This document shows positions 12,628 through 25,617 of a DNA stretch of 64,000 nucleotides, piece by piece. The DNA lies in contig NMRA01000086.1 in assembly GCA_002633005.1 (NCBI GenBank), positions 62,001 through 126,000 on the forward strand, written 5' to 3'. Made by a program: the position numbers and the translations under genes. The DNA is from Phoronis australis (Eukaryota; Animalia; Phoronida). Within the stretch, counting starts at the first letter, position 1, and the number at the start of each line of letters is the position of its first letter. The notes beneath the pieces were generated by a model. It searched no databases. It was not told the DNA's origin and was given only the letters and a program-made list of their open reading frames with translations.

Positions 12628-14617
12628 CAGTGGCGGATCTACGTTTTCAGTAGGGGGGGGGTTAGGATTCAGCAAAGGTCGAATCCGAGGAGCGTGGCGC
12701 CGAGCGGGGGGAGGTCGGGAGGGGGGTTTCCCCGTGTAAGACAATTTTTTTGTTTTTGTAGCCAAATAGTGAAATTTCCACGCATCCTGGTAAGTTTTTG
12801 GCACTTAACATGTCTCTGGAGTTTTTCTTAAGATAATTTAAAGCCCTTCTCGATTTCGTCTCATGAACTTGGCTCATAAGTTTCTTGAAACCATGTTTGT
12901 GCACATCTGGGTATGAGTAACGCCACCAGGAAAAAATTTATTGGAACATCTGCTTAAAGGCGAAGGCAATCTTTTTTCATGCCATTTTTAGCAAAAATAT
13001 GGTTCGTTGATTATCCCAGACACATTTTTCACTTAATTACAGCTTTTCGTATTTTCGTCCTCTACTCCGGGAGTGACGTTTTGGGAGGCAAGAGTTTCGC
13101 GCCAATTTCTTTTCATTATAGTCTGACTGTGAGAGCTGTAGAGTCAGTCATTGTGGTAAGTTCTGTCGTCGTTTGCTTTTGCTTTCGAGTCAGTCAACAT
13201 GCCACGCTGTTGCTGCGTGCCGGGATGTACTCATTATCGTCTCACACGCGCTTTGGGTACCTTGCATCGCTTTCCGAAGGATCACTTCGCAGTACTTGGC
13301 TAGCTCGTTCATGTGAAGAACGCAGCGCTACTCGTCCAGGCAACGTACAAAGCAGTGGAGGGTTATCGAGTGTGTGGCAAGCATTTTCTGCCGTCAAATT
13401 ACGACAGAGATATGTACGCTGAATTGATGAAGGTCTCTGCAAAACAACGCCTGAAGAAGGGTACCACGTCGCCAATCCTGAGATGTGCGTTTTTGAAGCG
13501 AGAAGCCTCACAAGCTGTGGCCATTATATACAGTGACTGGTGGCACTTCATCTACTGTCACCCGTGCCTCCGAACGTACCCCCATAGCGTGCAATTCCGG
13601 GAACTAGCAGTGATTCGCCCTGTACTGTTGTCTCTAGCCCAAAGCCTGTAAGCAGCCTTGCAGCGATGTTGAGTAGTGGGAGTGAGGCCCAGTTCGACAC
13701 CCAGTGTAGAGGACAGTTCGTCATCCAATGAACAGATCGCCGGGTGAGCCTAAGTTTCATAAGTTTATTGTGGACTTGTATTGGAGCTATTTAGAAGGTG
13801 CCAGGTGTGTGGCGAGGGAGCCACACGGCGGGATGTAAGCAGTTTGGGTGCTCAGATCACCCTCCAGTGGGAGTGTGTCGCGGGACACTCGGGCAAGTAA
13901 GACAGTTCTTCCTCTGTACGTGAGACGATAATGAGTACGCAGCAACAGCGTGGCATGTTGACTGCCTCGTAAGCAAATGCCAACGACGACCGAACTTATA
14001 ACAATAGCAATTCTTCGGAAAACGATTTTTTTTTTCAAAAATATTACATGTACATGCATGTACACTGTATGATATTGCGCAAGACAACTTTACTGTACAC
14101 CAGTCAAATTCGATTTACAAACGTGTGGAGTGTAATAGCATGACACGGCAAGACAGATGAGGTAAAAACGTTGCACGTCAATTCGCTTGAATATCAGGGT
14201 TGCGGCACCATAGTATTTTCCCTAATCAAATCAAAACATATCTTAGAGTAAAGAAACTAGTTACCTAAAGAAATCAGCTATAGAGCTGCTCTTTCAGCGG
14301 TGGATCCATCTAAAATGCTTGGCTACTATAGAAGTGTCGACGGAAGCGCGCGCACAATTGATCTTCGCGCGTCTTGCCGATGAGCCACGAAGACTCGAAA
14401 TATGTTGTTTTTCATAATAGCAATTCACAATGCAAAAAATTATATTTTCAGAGTGAACCCCCTTCAATTTTTTCCAAGTTGGTTTATGTGGGGTTTACGC
14501 ACGATGGCAGTGTTGTTTTTGTTTTGCTGGAGACGTTTTTTTATTTTGGGTCCTGGCCCAAGGAGGGGGGGGGGGGTGTTGGTTATACCCCCTGAACCCC
14601 CCGTAGATCCGCCACTG
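12628..14617. mobile_element. ~2-kb non-autonomous hAT-like element with 16-bp TIR and 6-bp TSD
   Basis: CAGTGGCGGATCTACG (12628-12643) / CGTAGATCCGCCACTG (14602-14617); TAATAA at 12622-12627 and 14618-14623; G-rich subterminal tracts at both ends. Confidence 0.7.
13199..13480 (+). pseudogene. Frameshifted THAP zinc-finger domain (N-terminus of a Kolobok/P-type transposase)
   Basis: MPRCCCVPGC...LHRFPKD / LRSTW / ...YRVCGKHFLPSNY...RLKKGTTSPI across frameshifts: C2CH ligands, FP, W, HF and terminal AVPTI-like box. Upstream TTAA|AGGCGAAGG (12954) resembles a Kolobok end. Confidence 0.75.
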
Positions 14618-16379
14618 TAATAATCTCTGTAAATTTGTTCACTCTGTTTGCGAGTCTTGAAAAAGCCCTTCTCAGACATTCCATGCTCGCAATCTGTAAG
14701 CATTTGACGGGCTGGAGACTGATGATATGATTCTTGTAAATCTGTCGTGTCTATAAAAAACTCAAACTTTTGAACAAAGTCACAGATGTGCCAATAGCAG
14801 ATTGACTTTATTTGACAGACACCGTGGAGTTTTAAGTGAGTGAACAAACCCAGCAACTCGTGAATACTAACTTGTTTTCCGGAATGAATCTTTACAATTC
14901 TGAAGGAGAACGATGAGAATCCTAGAAAGTTTTTGTCCCAATGCAAAATCATTTCCAGTAAAATTTTGATTTAATTAGATTTTTGACCGTCTTATTCAAG
15001 TCCAACAACTTTAAATTAGAGCTTGAAGTTTGCCGACTACCACCATATAACCAAAAGTGACTTTATAATGGTTATGAACGGGTCAATTTATGACGAATAG
15101 CTACCCCACCCACAACTGATTGTAACGCAAAGGGTTTTTTAAAACCCTTTGAGTTAAAACTCACATAGGAAGGAAGCAGACATGTTTTTCTTCTGTTATT
15201 TAATACCACTTTCAAGGTATCGTTTTCGTTTGTTATTATCGCGATACTTTATTTCTTAGCTTAACAGTGTCAGAGCTTTATATTATCATTTCTGACCGCA
15301 ATTTATTCTATTTTGGCAATAACTTCTGGATGGTGTAAATGCACACTACGGAGCTCTGGTTGTCATCCGAACATTAAAACTGTTGTGAGTGGGTATAAAT
15401 GATAATAGGGATGTTAATAACACCAATGTCCAAAATTCAAAATAGTGTTTGTCGTTTCGTCTATTTCCGATAATGAAGATGATGCCTAAGGCCATTATTA
15501 CCTTTATTAAGGTTTATTTGGGAAAAGTTCATGTCATGCTTTGAAGCAGCACATTTTGAAAGGGTACGGTTCTTCGGTTCCTGGCACACTGCATGCTTAA
15601 GGGGCTGCTTCAAAATCTCTTGTTGAAGCATGAATACCCGAGTTGCTGGTGACTGCCCGTGGGGTAAAGTGGCACACACATTTCATCTACGTCAAACTTC
15701 AACCGTGACGAAACAGAACAGTTATTTCTAAAGCCTGGGTTACATGCACTGGCGTAAATATATCCGGCGCTTCCCTTCAGTCCTAAGGAGCGGTGCGATT
15801 TGCTGGTGAATTCCCGTCACTATCACAATCTCAGATATATAAATATATATGTTTAGTCTATCTGAGATACAATGCATTTTTGTACTTGGATGTTTTTTTA
15901 CTAGCGCCACCTATTATACATTCTAACTCCCAGTCGGCAGTGATCCACTTGTTTGGTATGTGCAGTATTATGTACGCAGTGGCCTCAGTCTGTAAATTGT
16001 TGAGAGTGCGAAATCAGTTTTGGGCAGGGCCTGGGGAACCGCCGGCCCGCATGCGACAGATAAGTCTCCACCATCTTTTTTAAACGATAGTGACTTCTCA
16101 GTAGTGTAACTTGTTGGAAGTCAGCGCAGCGATTGTCCCGAATGCTTCAATTGGCCACCACGCAGCGTCATGCATTTGTTATCCGAATAATTTTGCACTA
16201 CTTTGATCATTGTGCAGTGTTGCGCAACGAACAATGCACGGGTCATTCTGTATATGGTTTCAGCCGCTTCGTCAGTGTTACGTATTGCTGACATAAATAC
16301 TTGGGACTAAAGCTAATGCGTCAAATCACCCTGCGTTATCATAAACCAACATAGTTTCTATCAGTCGCATTAGCCTAGA

Positions 16380-16416
16380 TATAACGTCAACAGTATTCAG
16401 CTGCTCCTAATCAGTT
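16380..16416 (+). promoter_or_regulatory. Candidate core promoter (TATA-like + Inr) of the Ly6-like gene
   Basis: TATAAC at 16380 and TCAGTT at 16411, ~55 bp upstream of the ATG at 16470. Confidence 0.35.
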
Positions 16417-16469
16417 GAGTCGACCGACACCCTGCTAGATCAGCCTTAGGGACGCGATTGAATTTTAAC

Positions 16470-19400
16470 ATGAAATTGGCGCTTTGTTTTGTCGTTTTGT
16501 TTTCAGTGTACGCAGCTGTTGGTAAGTATCTCTCACTTCTGAGAGTCAGAGCGTTGAGACTCAGTTTCCGGCATGCTTTTAGGTTCATTTTATACAAACT
16601 TGTAAGCACATGTGACGTATTCTGACGAGTCCAGTGAACCTAAGTGTAGACAGACTACACCAGTTCTTTATTTCCCGGAAACAAATAGAAGGCTTTACTT
16701 CTCAACGACTAACATAGTTGATACCTTTTGTCTCAGTAGTTACCCTTTGTCTCAGTTGTTACACGCTGTCGCAGTCGTGCTATGTCACATGGCCATCGCA
16801 AGTCTCGTGACCCGCGTTCGAGCCGGTTGCGTAATATGCGGGAAAATCTCATTATTTTAGTAATATGGTCTCGGAAAATTACAGATTGTGTCGTCCTCCA
16901 GGTTTTCGTGACATCGTCCTTTCGCAAGTTTTAAAAACCACAAATTCCAATGGGTTTTTTTCTGTGAGAACCGACATCTCCGCGTCCGACTATGATGGAA
17001 TTATCATAGCGAGCCTTCGGTGACTAATCATTGTGACGCAATCGAAACACGAACTTGCTGACCAGATCAGAAGCTTCACTTTGCGGGGTCCCACCACGTG
17101 CAATTTTTTTATTTTGGGACGTGAGTTCTAACCTTACACAGACACAATTTTAACGCATCATAACCGATCAGTAGTAGAATCTGGGTCGCGCACTTCCGTT
17201 AGTTCTTGTGTGACGGGAGCGCCGTTTATTGATAGAGTCGTGAGTTAAGTCTAGTCGTGAGTCGACTATGTTGATTCCAAAACCTAGAGTGGTCAATTGT
17301 ATTTTAAAGAGGTGTGTTTTAGTGAATTTCCTTATTTGGAACTTCCGATGACAAAATTACCAGTTTGCATTTTGATTGTTTTTTACATTTAACTGAGCGA
17401 AATTTGGTACATTCGCGGTGCCAATTCGCCTATAAAAATGGGTACCAAACGCTCAAACTTCTGCCGGTCTCGATCCTATCCCCAAGGAATCCCAACCAAA
17501 CTAACAAGCTTTTTGGTCTTTTTAGTCGAGCTTTAACGTTTTTCGGTGTATTTTTCTTACTTATTATTCTTTGGGTTATTTGTCAAAGCAGCGATGACGA
17601 CGGAGTTGTAAGTTCTTAGATTTGTATTTTATATTTAGCGCATAATAAACTCAGTATAATTGTCTACTTCTCTCTTGTTTCACTCTCTTCAGTTCTCACT
17701 ATAGTTCTCTCGTATGCGATACGAACGAGTGAAAAAGTACACAACGCTGCAATTATTTTTATCGGCTACGAACAGTAGACTTTAGATACTAAGTAGATGG
17801 TGCTGGTCGCGCCACTGATTCCCTTTAGTGTGACACTTTAACTAAAAATGTCTTATAAATCCTAGAGTGTGGTTTTGCCAAGTTGGGTTGAGGCTGTAGG
17901 GTAATGTGCGTGGTAACACATTTCTCGGTGTGTGGTTTGTGTTGTAAGGGTGTGCGTCTGTGGTAAGAGTTGGGTCCCACTCCAAATTACCTTTTTACGG
18001 ATTGAGAGTGGTACATCATATATTAGTCTCATTCAGTTCCATTACGATCTGAGATGTTTGCGTATTTCAAGGTTATCCAAAACGGAGGAGTGAGCATTTT
18101 AAATAATTGAGCAGCAATTCAATGAATATTTGTCTCAATTAATACATCACGGAAAATGAGACAAACTACATACAAATTGAAATATCGAAAAACGGAAACA
18201 AATCAGATCGAAGCAATTGCCATGGTAAAAAAAATCTTTGTACATGGCCGCCTCGTTTTTGAGATGTTCATCAGCCTCTAATGTTAATAAAGGCGGGAAC
18301 CCAGACTGAAGCCATACCCCAAAAGATTGCGGTATGTGTAGTCGCTGGTAACCCCAGTCAGGATTAGTCTTGAACTGGGAGACCAAACGCTTAATTGAAA
18401 TGATGTTTGATCTTAGAGGACTTTGTGTAACGCATAGGGGGAATGGCCCCGTTATGCCCTCCGTGGCTACGACAATGAAAGTCTGTATTTTGGTGCTAGA
18501 GCTCTGTGTATTCCAGACGTACAGTAGCTTATGTATGGGCGGCCGTCCTAACTTGTGTATTAAATGCTTACATCAATCCAATCAACATTCGTCGATTGAT
18601 GTAATAGCCCTGAATACACAAGATAGGATTGATTTGTCATACAGTTGGCATTGAGTTCATTAAATGGAATTGAATATACATTTTGAGTTTTTTTTGCATA
18701 AACGGCCGCCCATAGTTATGATCTGTTGAGATCACTTCTTGTAGTAGATTTTAAGCAGTCACTAGTTCCATTGTTATGGATAGGAGTAATCAGGAACTAC
18801 TTATCCGATAGATGGTCGCCTTGGAAACACTTTCTGAACTGGTATACCAAATCTATGCTCTGGGATGCGCACACGTGGATTTTTTCCGAAACATAACGAC
18901 GCCAATTAAATTCATTTTCTATAAACTATTTTCTGAGAGTTAAATCAACCATTTGCTTTACGTAGCAGTGGATAGTTTGACGTACAGTTCATTCTTAACT
19001 CTTTGCCATGTAGTAATAAAATAGTCACATAGTAAATTATGTAATTCCAGTGCTCTCGGATCGACATTTATAGGCCTACATTATTTTTATCATTGACAAA
19101 ATTTAGTACGAAACGTTTTGGTCGTCGCAATATTTACGATTTCAATCGGCTACAGATTATCTCATTAAATCCACCTGCCGTTACAAAAAAACTAACTGGA
19201 TTTACACTTTATACAGTTAACAATTGGTCTCAAGCGGCTTGTTCCTTACGGTGGTTCCTTTCTCAAATTAGCAGTGACTTCTGTGCTTGCAAAAAACTTT
19301 TCAGGAGTCCAGGCTCAGCAAGTTGGCTTGTTACGCCGACCGGGACATTTTATCCACCTAGACTGCTCTAGTTAAACTACAACAACGAAATGCCAATTGT

Positions 19401-22400
19401 TTCCAAGTTAATCTACGTGAACCTCTTATTTCATTGACACCAGCTAGGTTGGAGCCAGTGTAATCCGCACCGAAGGCGAGTTTATTCGCTCATTAATATT
19501 TTGAGCTCAGAAACGACCCTAGATCTCCCGAGGAAAAGCCTGTGTGATCACGTGCTTCGGTTATAATACATGGCGATATCTTCCGTCTTGGGTGATTTTG
19601 AGATTTTGCGAGCTTCTTGGGTCTATGGAACGCAGCCCCGAACATCACAATAGCTGCACCTCCGCGTATGCAACTCTCTTTTGCAGGGGTAGAAAAACGC
19701 GTTACATGTCTGGCCCAGTTGTTGAAGTCCGCTCATACGCTTTTTAGTCGAGTCTGACAAATGAAGAATGATTTGTCGCGCTTCACAATTTTTTGTATGC
19801 ATGGCAACTCACTATGCAACATTATAACATAATAAGTGGCATCACAATTACAAATGGCAAACTAATTTTCATTAGGGATTATCGCAACAGCAGTGTACAA
19901 CTTTGGGCAAGCGTCCTCTGCACGTGCAGGACGGGCAATTTCAAAAAGTTGCGTAGGCTACCGCAGATAATTGTGTTTAGTCTCATTTTTGCGGAAAACG
20001 TGGCAGTTAGATGAAATTAGTTATTCAATTGTTGTAGCCTACGAGTGGGATATTTGCCTTCGCTGTTCAATTAAATATACAATTTCATCAGACAAGTCTT
20101 TTCTCAAAGTTCTGCTGTGCTGACTAGATTATCAAAGAGTCTTATCTAACCTTATTTTACACAAGAACTCTCGGCAACGAAAGATGTTGCTGCCCTGTAA
20201 ATTTGCTTAGTTAGAGTGCATGTACTTTTTCTAGCGTTACAGTATAACAGATTGCATTCACTACCAGGTCATTTAGATATAGGTTGACCATGTCTTCGCG
20301 ATCTGACTGTTAATTTGGCTTTACCAGACTTCTGCGGCAATACCTGACTGAGGTTGCAAATGTTATTCAGATTTTTCCTCATGCACTTCTCAAACGCAAC
20401 TATACACTTTTCGTTACAGCCTCGGCAGTTGCGACGGGAAAGACATGTTGGATCTGTGACTATCCCCAGGTACTCGAGTGTGGAGACCCCTTTGCGAACA
20501 ATCTCAACACTTCATATCAGGAGAAATGTTCCACAGGCGGATGTGCTAAGTACCTGAAAAGCAACGGAGGTGAGTACACAAGCACCTTCGACTCGTGGTG
20601 GCAATGACGTCAGATTTTAATGATAACTGTCAGCATTTTTGTTTTCAAAAAATGTTAAGGCTATAGCCCCCCATTTTTCAGTGCTGCGCAGCGAGACACG
20701 AGACAATTTAACTTGAAGAAGTATGATCTCAAGCACTATCGATCTGTCAATACTTTCGAACTTATATCATATCAAGTTAGAATAAGGCACAATTTGATAC
20801 CAATTTCATAACGGTAAGTGCTCTAAATCAAGTTTATTTTAGGTGGAAGGCGAGTTGACACCGCTGCAACAAAAATGATCATGATGTGCATATTACGACT
20901 GCAGAATATTTAGCAAATGACATTCTCGGGACCACATTACTGTAAACCAAACCCAAATATACGCACGTGTTCAAATTTGTCAGTGGCGAAACTGTTCTCC
21001 CTACGTGCGGTATTCAAACATGGTACTGTTCGATGTGTTTTGCACCATATTTGGACATCTCGAGCTATATCTGAAAATCTATGAGCCATGTTTGAAAAGC
21101 CTGAAGTAGTGACATGCCCAGTAAGTGAAAAATAACCGCAGTGTAACCGCATTTTGTTTTCGTCAATTAACACCTGAAGATTATTACGTGTGAACATGAC
21201 ACGTAATTTGCACCTTGTTCAGGCCAACCCACAGGCGTCCTCAGCTTCTGATCGTCCCCGATACACTACATATATATATGTAGTGTATTGGGGACGATCA
21301 GAAGCTGAGGACGCCTGTGGGCCAACCCTGCCAAATAACCGGCCTGACGTATGTATCCTTTACTTTCGGCACTGCCATATGTTCATGTGAGTGTATAAAC
21401 TTCTAACCGACACTGGCATCGAGCTACGGTGAGAAAATGGTTGATAGCAAAACTACAAGACAGAAAAGGAACAAAATCACTGATTTGACCAGATTCACGT
21501 TCTAGAAACGTCTGTAAACTTGGACTGTAGGCCACAGAGTATCTTTTACTCACTGGATTGGATTGATCGAGTACCAGCATAAATGATTTTTGCCAATTTC
21601 ATCACATACAAATATTGGAAGAAATTTGTTTGTCAGTCAATTACAGGTTGAAATTCGGTAAATTACATGCCATTCTTCTCCCACAACAACAAAATTTCAT
21701 ACATGATTTTTGTTGACCTAAAGTATCCACCATCGGATCTAGGATGTCACAAAGGGGTGCCAACCACAACTCTTTAAGGGAAAATGTTAGCATAACCTCT
21801 AAAATTATTTAACTCGCTTCCTAAGTCTATCTACCGCATAATAACAAACCGATTTTCAATGCATTTTTACGTAGATTGTTGAAATTCGGGCAAATGTCAT
21901 ATGCCCCTACACCCTAACGGCAAAAACCTGATACGCTTGCAACGATTTCAACACCGGCGTGTATCGTTGAAGGTGGGAGCCAGCAAAGAGGTCAACACAC
22001 CATCAACTAGAATGAGAGAACATAGTTTCAAAGTCTCTCGTAGCTACGTGAAGCCCAATGTGATAATGGCAAACTCGAATTAATCAAATCAGTAGCCGTG
22101 AATCTTCTTTGATACTTATGAATCATGTTCTCTCCATGTAGTACAAAAATGCCTCACATCAAATAGTGGTGAATTTCCAATTGAATTTGTACAAGTATGA
22201 ATTGTGAAATTTGGGATCACCACTGAAAACCTTCAAACTTCATATTGAATGAACGAGTTGCTGTGGATGGGAAAACTCCTTTAATGGAAGATATATACAT
22301 ATAGGATGGCTCAATTGCTACCAACAGTTGGCTAAGAGAATGTTCGAACAATCCTACGTTTTGGATCACTGAGTATTCGCGAAACTCATTTAATTCGTAC

Positions 22401-22634
22401 CCGAATATGACAAGATAAATCAATTTACTAACCGACTGCTGCTATTTTCCAGATATCCAGCGGACATGTTCTGGTACAACAAGTTACGATAGATGCACAT
22501 CAGACAATGGTGGGACGTCCTGTCGATGTTACAAAGATCTGTGCAATTCATCAACACTCCACATGCCACTCGTGCTGACAGTTCTGTTCACTGCAGTGAT
22601 TGCCACGACAAACTACTTTTTATCATTCCTTTAA
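16470..22634 (+). CDS. GPI-anchored Ly6/uPAR three-finger protein (quiver/sleepless-like), 127 aa, 3 exons
   Basis: Exons 16470-16521, 20420-20569, 22453-22634, all GT-AG phase 1, join in frame: MKLALCFVVLFSVYAAVASAVATGKTCWICDYPQVLECGDPFANNLNTSYQEKCSTGGCAKYLKSNGDIQRTCSGTTSYDRCTSDNGGTSCRCYKDLCNSSTLHMPLVLTVLFTAVIATTNYFLSFL*. Signal peptide, 10 Cys in the mature domain, CGDPF, CxCxxDLCN, hydrophobic GPI tail. Confidence 0.92.
18534..18714. mobile_element. Possible small MITE in Ly6 intron 1
   Basis: 13-bp perfect inverted ends TATGGGCGGCCGT / ACGGCCGCCCATA; TSD unclear. Confidence 0.35.
21230..21319. mobile_element. 90-bp near-perfect palindromic MITE with 8-bp TSD (P-element-like termini)
   Basis: 45-bp arms with one mismatch and no spacer, CACAGG...CCTGTG, flanked by GGCCAACC at 21222-21229 and 21320-21327. 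Confidence 0.8.
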
Positions 22635-22964
22635 ACCGTACATCTCATTAGATGTCAGTCTTCGATCAGGGGTGAACTTGACATGGGGAATGGGGGTTGT
22701 GAAACATCAAAGAATTGCCGACTTGCGATGCAAATTCCGAATTTGCTGGGCAAGTCTGCCATAAGATGGGCAACTTGATTCAAGCTCCACTGTGAAGATC
22801 TCAAGTTTCCCCCCCTGCAGTAGTCAAGTCATTACTTAAGGAAAACCGTTGTCATTTTGTCAGGAGATGCCAATTAAATTATAAATTATCCAATTATCCA
22901 CCTTTCATTGTATAACAGAATAATCATAAAGATTTATAGTCTGATTAGTTGCCGCCCATGCTTC

Positions 22965-22986
22965 ACACACACACACACACACACAC
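22965..22986. repeat. (CA)n microsatellite
   Basis: About 11 CA units. Confidence 0.9.
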
Positions 22987-23112
22987 CAATGAACAACAAA
23001 TGCATGGCAAAAACACATAACTCGAAAAATGACCATCAGCACAAAGAAATGTCTGGTTGAACTTTGACTTTGAATTTAGCTCTTTCAATATAGAGGAACA
23101 TCAGTTAATATA

Positions 23113-24260
23113 AACAAAAGCAACGCGGAGCGTTGAAATGCGCCCACGACTGTACCGCAAACGGTGTGCTTCTAAAGTTGTTTATTTATTTCATAAAAAT
23201 GGCCACTAGATGGTGCAAAAACAACCAATCCATCTGAAAACGGAAACATGCCATCGCTTCTTTAATAGGAAGCTATTTAACAAATTTCATAAAAATCTTC
23301 AGAGAAACAAAGGAAAAAAGAAAAAAAATGAAATTGCCACTAAAGGGTTCAGCGTTTGTTGGATCCGCCTGAAAGACGCTGTCGTCTGTTGTGAGCTTCA
23401 TAAAAATACAACTACTAAATTTGATAAATATCCGGCGGTGGGTTTAGGAGATGCAGCTTTGGGCGCAAAACAAACAAAATTACCACTAGAAGGCGCTACA
23501 GTAGTCGAAGTCCTCATTGTCAACCGTCCTCTTCACACTGAGAACATATACGCCAATTTTCAAAATCATCCTTAGAATGGTTTGGGTCATCGAGGGGTGG
23601 ACGCCAAAAAACAGTCTCAAAAACAGCAAAAAAGGCCACTAAGTGGCGCAAAGTAAGTAGATTCCATCCGAAAATGGGAGGATAGCATCATCTCACCAAT
23701 AGTTGTTTATATTTCGGTTGCTTAGTTTTCGAAAAATCCATTGGTAACCTTTGAAGATACAAAGGTAAACGACAAAAAAAATGCCCCTAGGGAGCACACC
23801 GCTATTCAGATCCGTCCGAAAGTCGTCCTTTGTTGTCAACATAACATAAATACACTTGCTAAATTTAGTAAAGATCCTGCAAACGGTTTGGAGATACAAC
23901 CATGGGCACAAAAAAACTGCCACCAGGAGGCGCCACAGTAGTCAGTCATCGAAAGCGGTTTGATTGATAGAGGGGTTGACGCCAAAAAACAGACTCGCAA
24001 ACAGTAAAAATGGCCACTAGGCGGCGCAAACTACATCGAATCCATCCGAAAACGTGAAGATAGCGTCATCTCACTAAAAGATACCTATATGAAACTTCTA
24101 TGAAAATACTTTGAGGACCTTTGAAGATACAGAGGTAAACGTAAAAAACTAAAATTGCACTAGGGGGCACACCGGTAGTCGGATCACTCCTAAAGTTCGC
24201 TCATGTCGTCCCATCCACGAAAGGAACATATGCGCCATGAACATACGGCAATGCCCAAAT
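23113..24260 (-). mobile_element. Helentron-associated (HINE-like) element with ~150-bp internal repeats; same family as 50786-53226, opposite orientation
   Basis: Left end AACAAAAGCAACGCGGAGCGTTGAAATGCGCCCA is the reverse complement of the 53195-53226 end; internal units match the 51-52.8 kb array. Confidence 0.75.
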
Positions 24261-24666
24261 TACAACTTATTTCCTCTATAGTGGGAATTCTTAGCCTCAT
24301 GACCAAAAATCCTAAACAATAAGGTATTGGGCCAAAAACTCAGTTGGTTCTGACCCGTTATTTTTTTTGAAAATCGAGAGGTGAGGCACTTTTTTAGAGT
24401 TGCTCACATTTTCAAAAAAAAAAATCCACAAGGAAAATGATGCAGGACTTTTTACTCCCTGCTTGGCAAATCATGACATTTCACACATTGCTCAGTGCCT
24501 TGTGCAATTTTCAAAATGAGAAAACAAGACCTTGGTTGAAACTGATGTTTGCAGGCATTTTTTAAAGGTCTCAAAATGAGTTGGGGTACAGATCAGAACC
24601 AGAGCGAAATATACTTTTTGGCTAAACAGAATATTAACCAGACAGATGACAGAGAAAACCATACTT

Positions 24667-24876
24667 TTGGTGACAGTGCACGATATGAAGGTAGTGCATA
24701 ACATCTCTATTGCAACTTTTAGGGACAATTTAAGCATACGAGGGTGGTGTACAAACATCACCATTCCAACCTTTGGTGACTGTGTATGCAAGGGAAGTGC
24801 AAAAGTATCAGTATTGCAACTTTTGATGACCATGTAAGGAAATGAGGGTAGTGCACAAGCATCTCTGTTGCATTTT
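24667..24876. repeat. Degenerate ~52-bp minisatellite, 4 units
   Basis: Units TTGGTGAC...GAAGGTAGTGCA..CATCTCTATTGCAACTT repeated with divergence. Confidence 0.5.
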
Positions 24877-25617
24877 CAATCTTTCGTAATACTGCAGACA
24901 AGTAGCATTGTTAAGATTACTCAGTTTAGTCAGTAAAAGAACATCCGGTCATTCCGGTCACAGGTTGAACGTTGTGACTGCACCAATTGTGACAAATTTA
25001 ATGATCTAAGCATTCCAGTGTGTTCCATAATCACTCAAGATAATAAAGTGACAAGTAAAACAGCCGTAACAGATTCAGCACCACACTTTCCACTTCATCC
25101 TGGACCATTTGCTTATGACAGAGGGACAAATTAGGACACGCGCACTAAGGCCCACACATGAAATTCAAAGCATTACCGTCCCACAACCTTATACAGTTAC
25201 TTCTCAGTTGTACTAGCAAAGAGGGTATAGTTGCATATATATCTATTTATCTAAGTTCAAACATATAACGCTGTACATACTTTATGATGGTAAATGTTCA
25301 AAACAACAGAAGTCTTAAATACTTTCACAGAAATACTCCAGACATTGGTATTAACATCTACAAATTAGAGTGGACAATCAACCTTGAATCCTGCCACAAC
25401 ATGTCACCTGTGAAGTCCTTCAAAGCTTGAAACTGTATAAAGTTACTAAATTCCTCCCAAATGGCCATAAATAATCAGTCTTGCATCAGACAGGGGCATC
25501 TTGACTTGAGAAGTTAGCAACAGTTGGACACATTCACCTCTGCTGTCAAGCCATGAACTTGCGACATGGTCACACATAGTTTTATACAGTCTACAGAATA
25601 CCAGCTACTACCATCAG

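Noticed and set aside
14464-15700. 162-aa minus-strand ORF and upstream fragments as a gene interrupted by the hAT-like element
   Set aside because: No recognisable domain; removing the element gives an immediate stop; many stops upstream.
19687-19757. Alternative exon 2 for the signal-peptide exon (GVEKRVTCLAQ...*), neuropeptide-like KR site
   Set aside because: The 20420 and 22453 exons give a complete LU domain; this one has no family motif.
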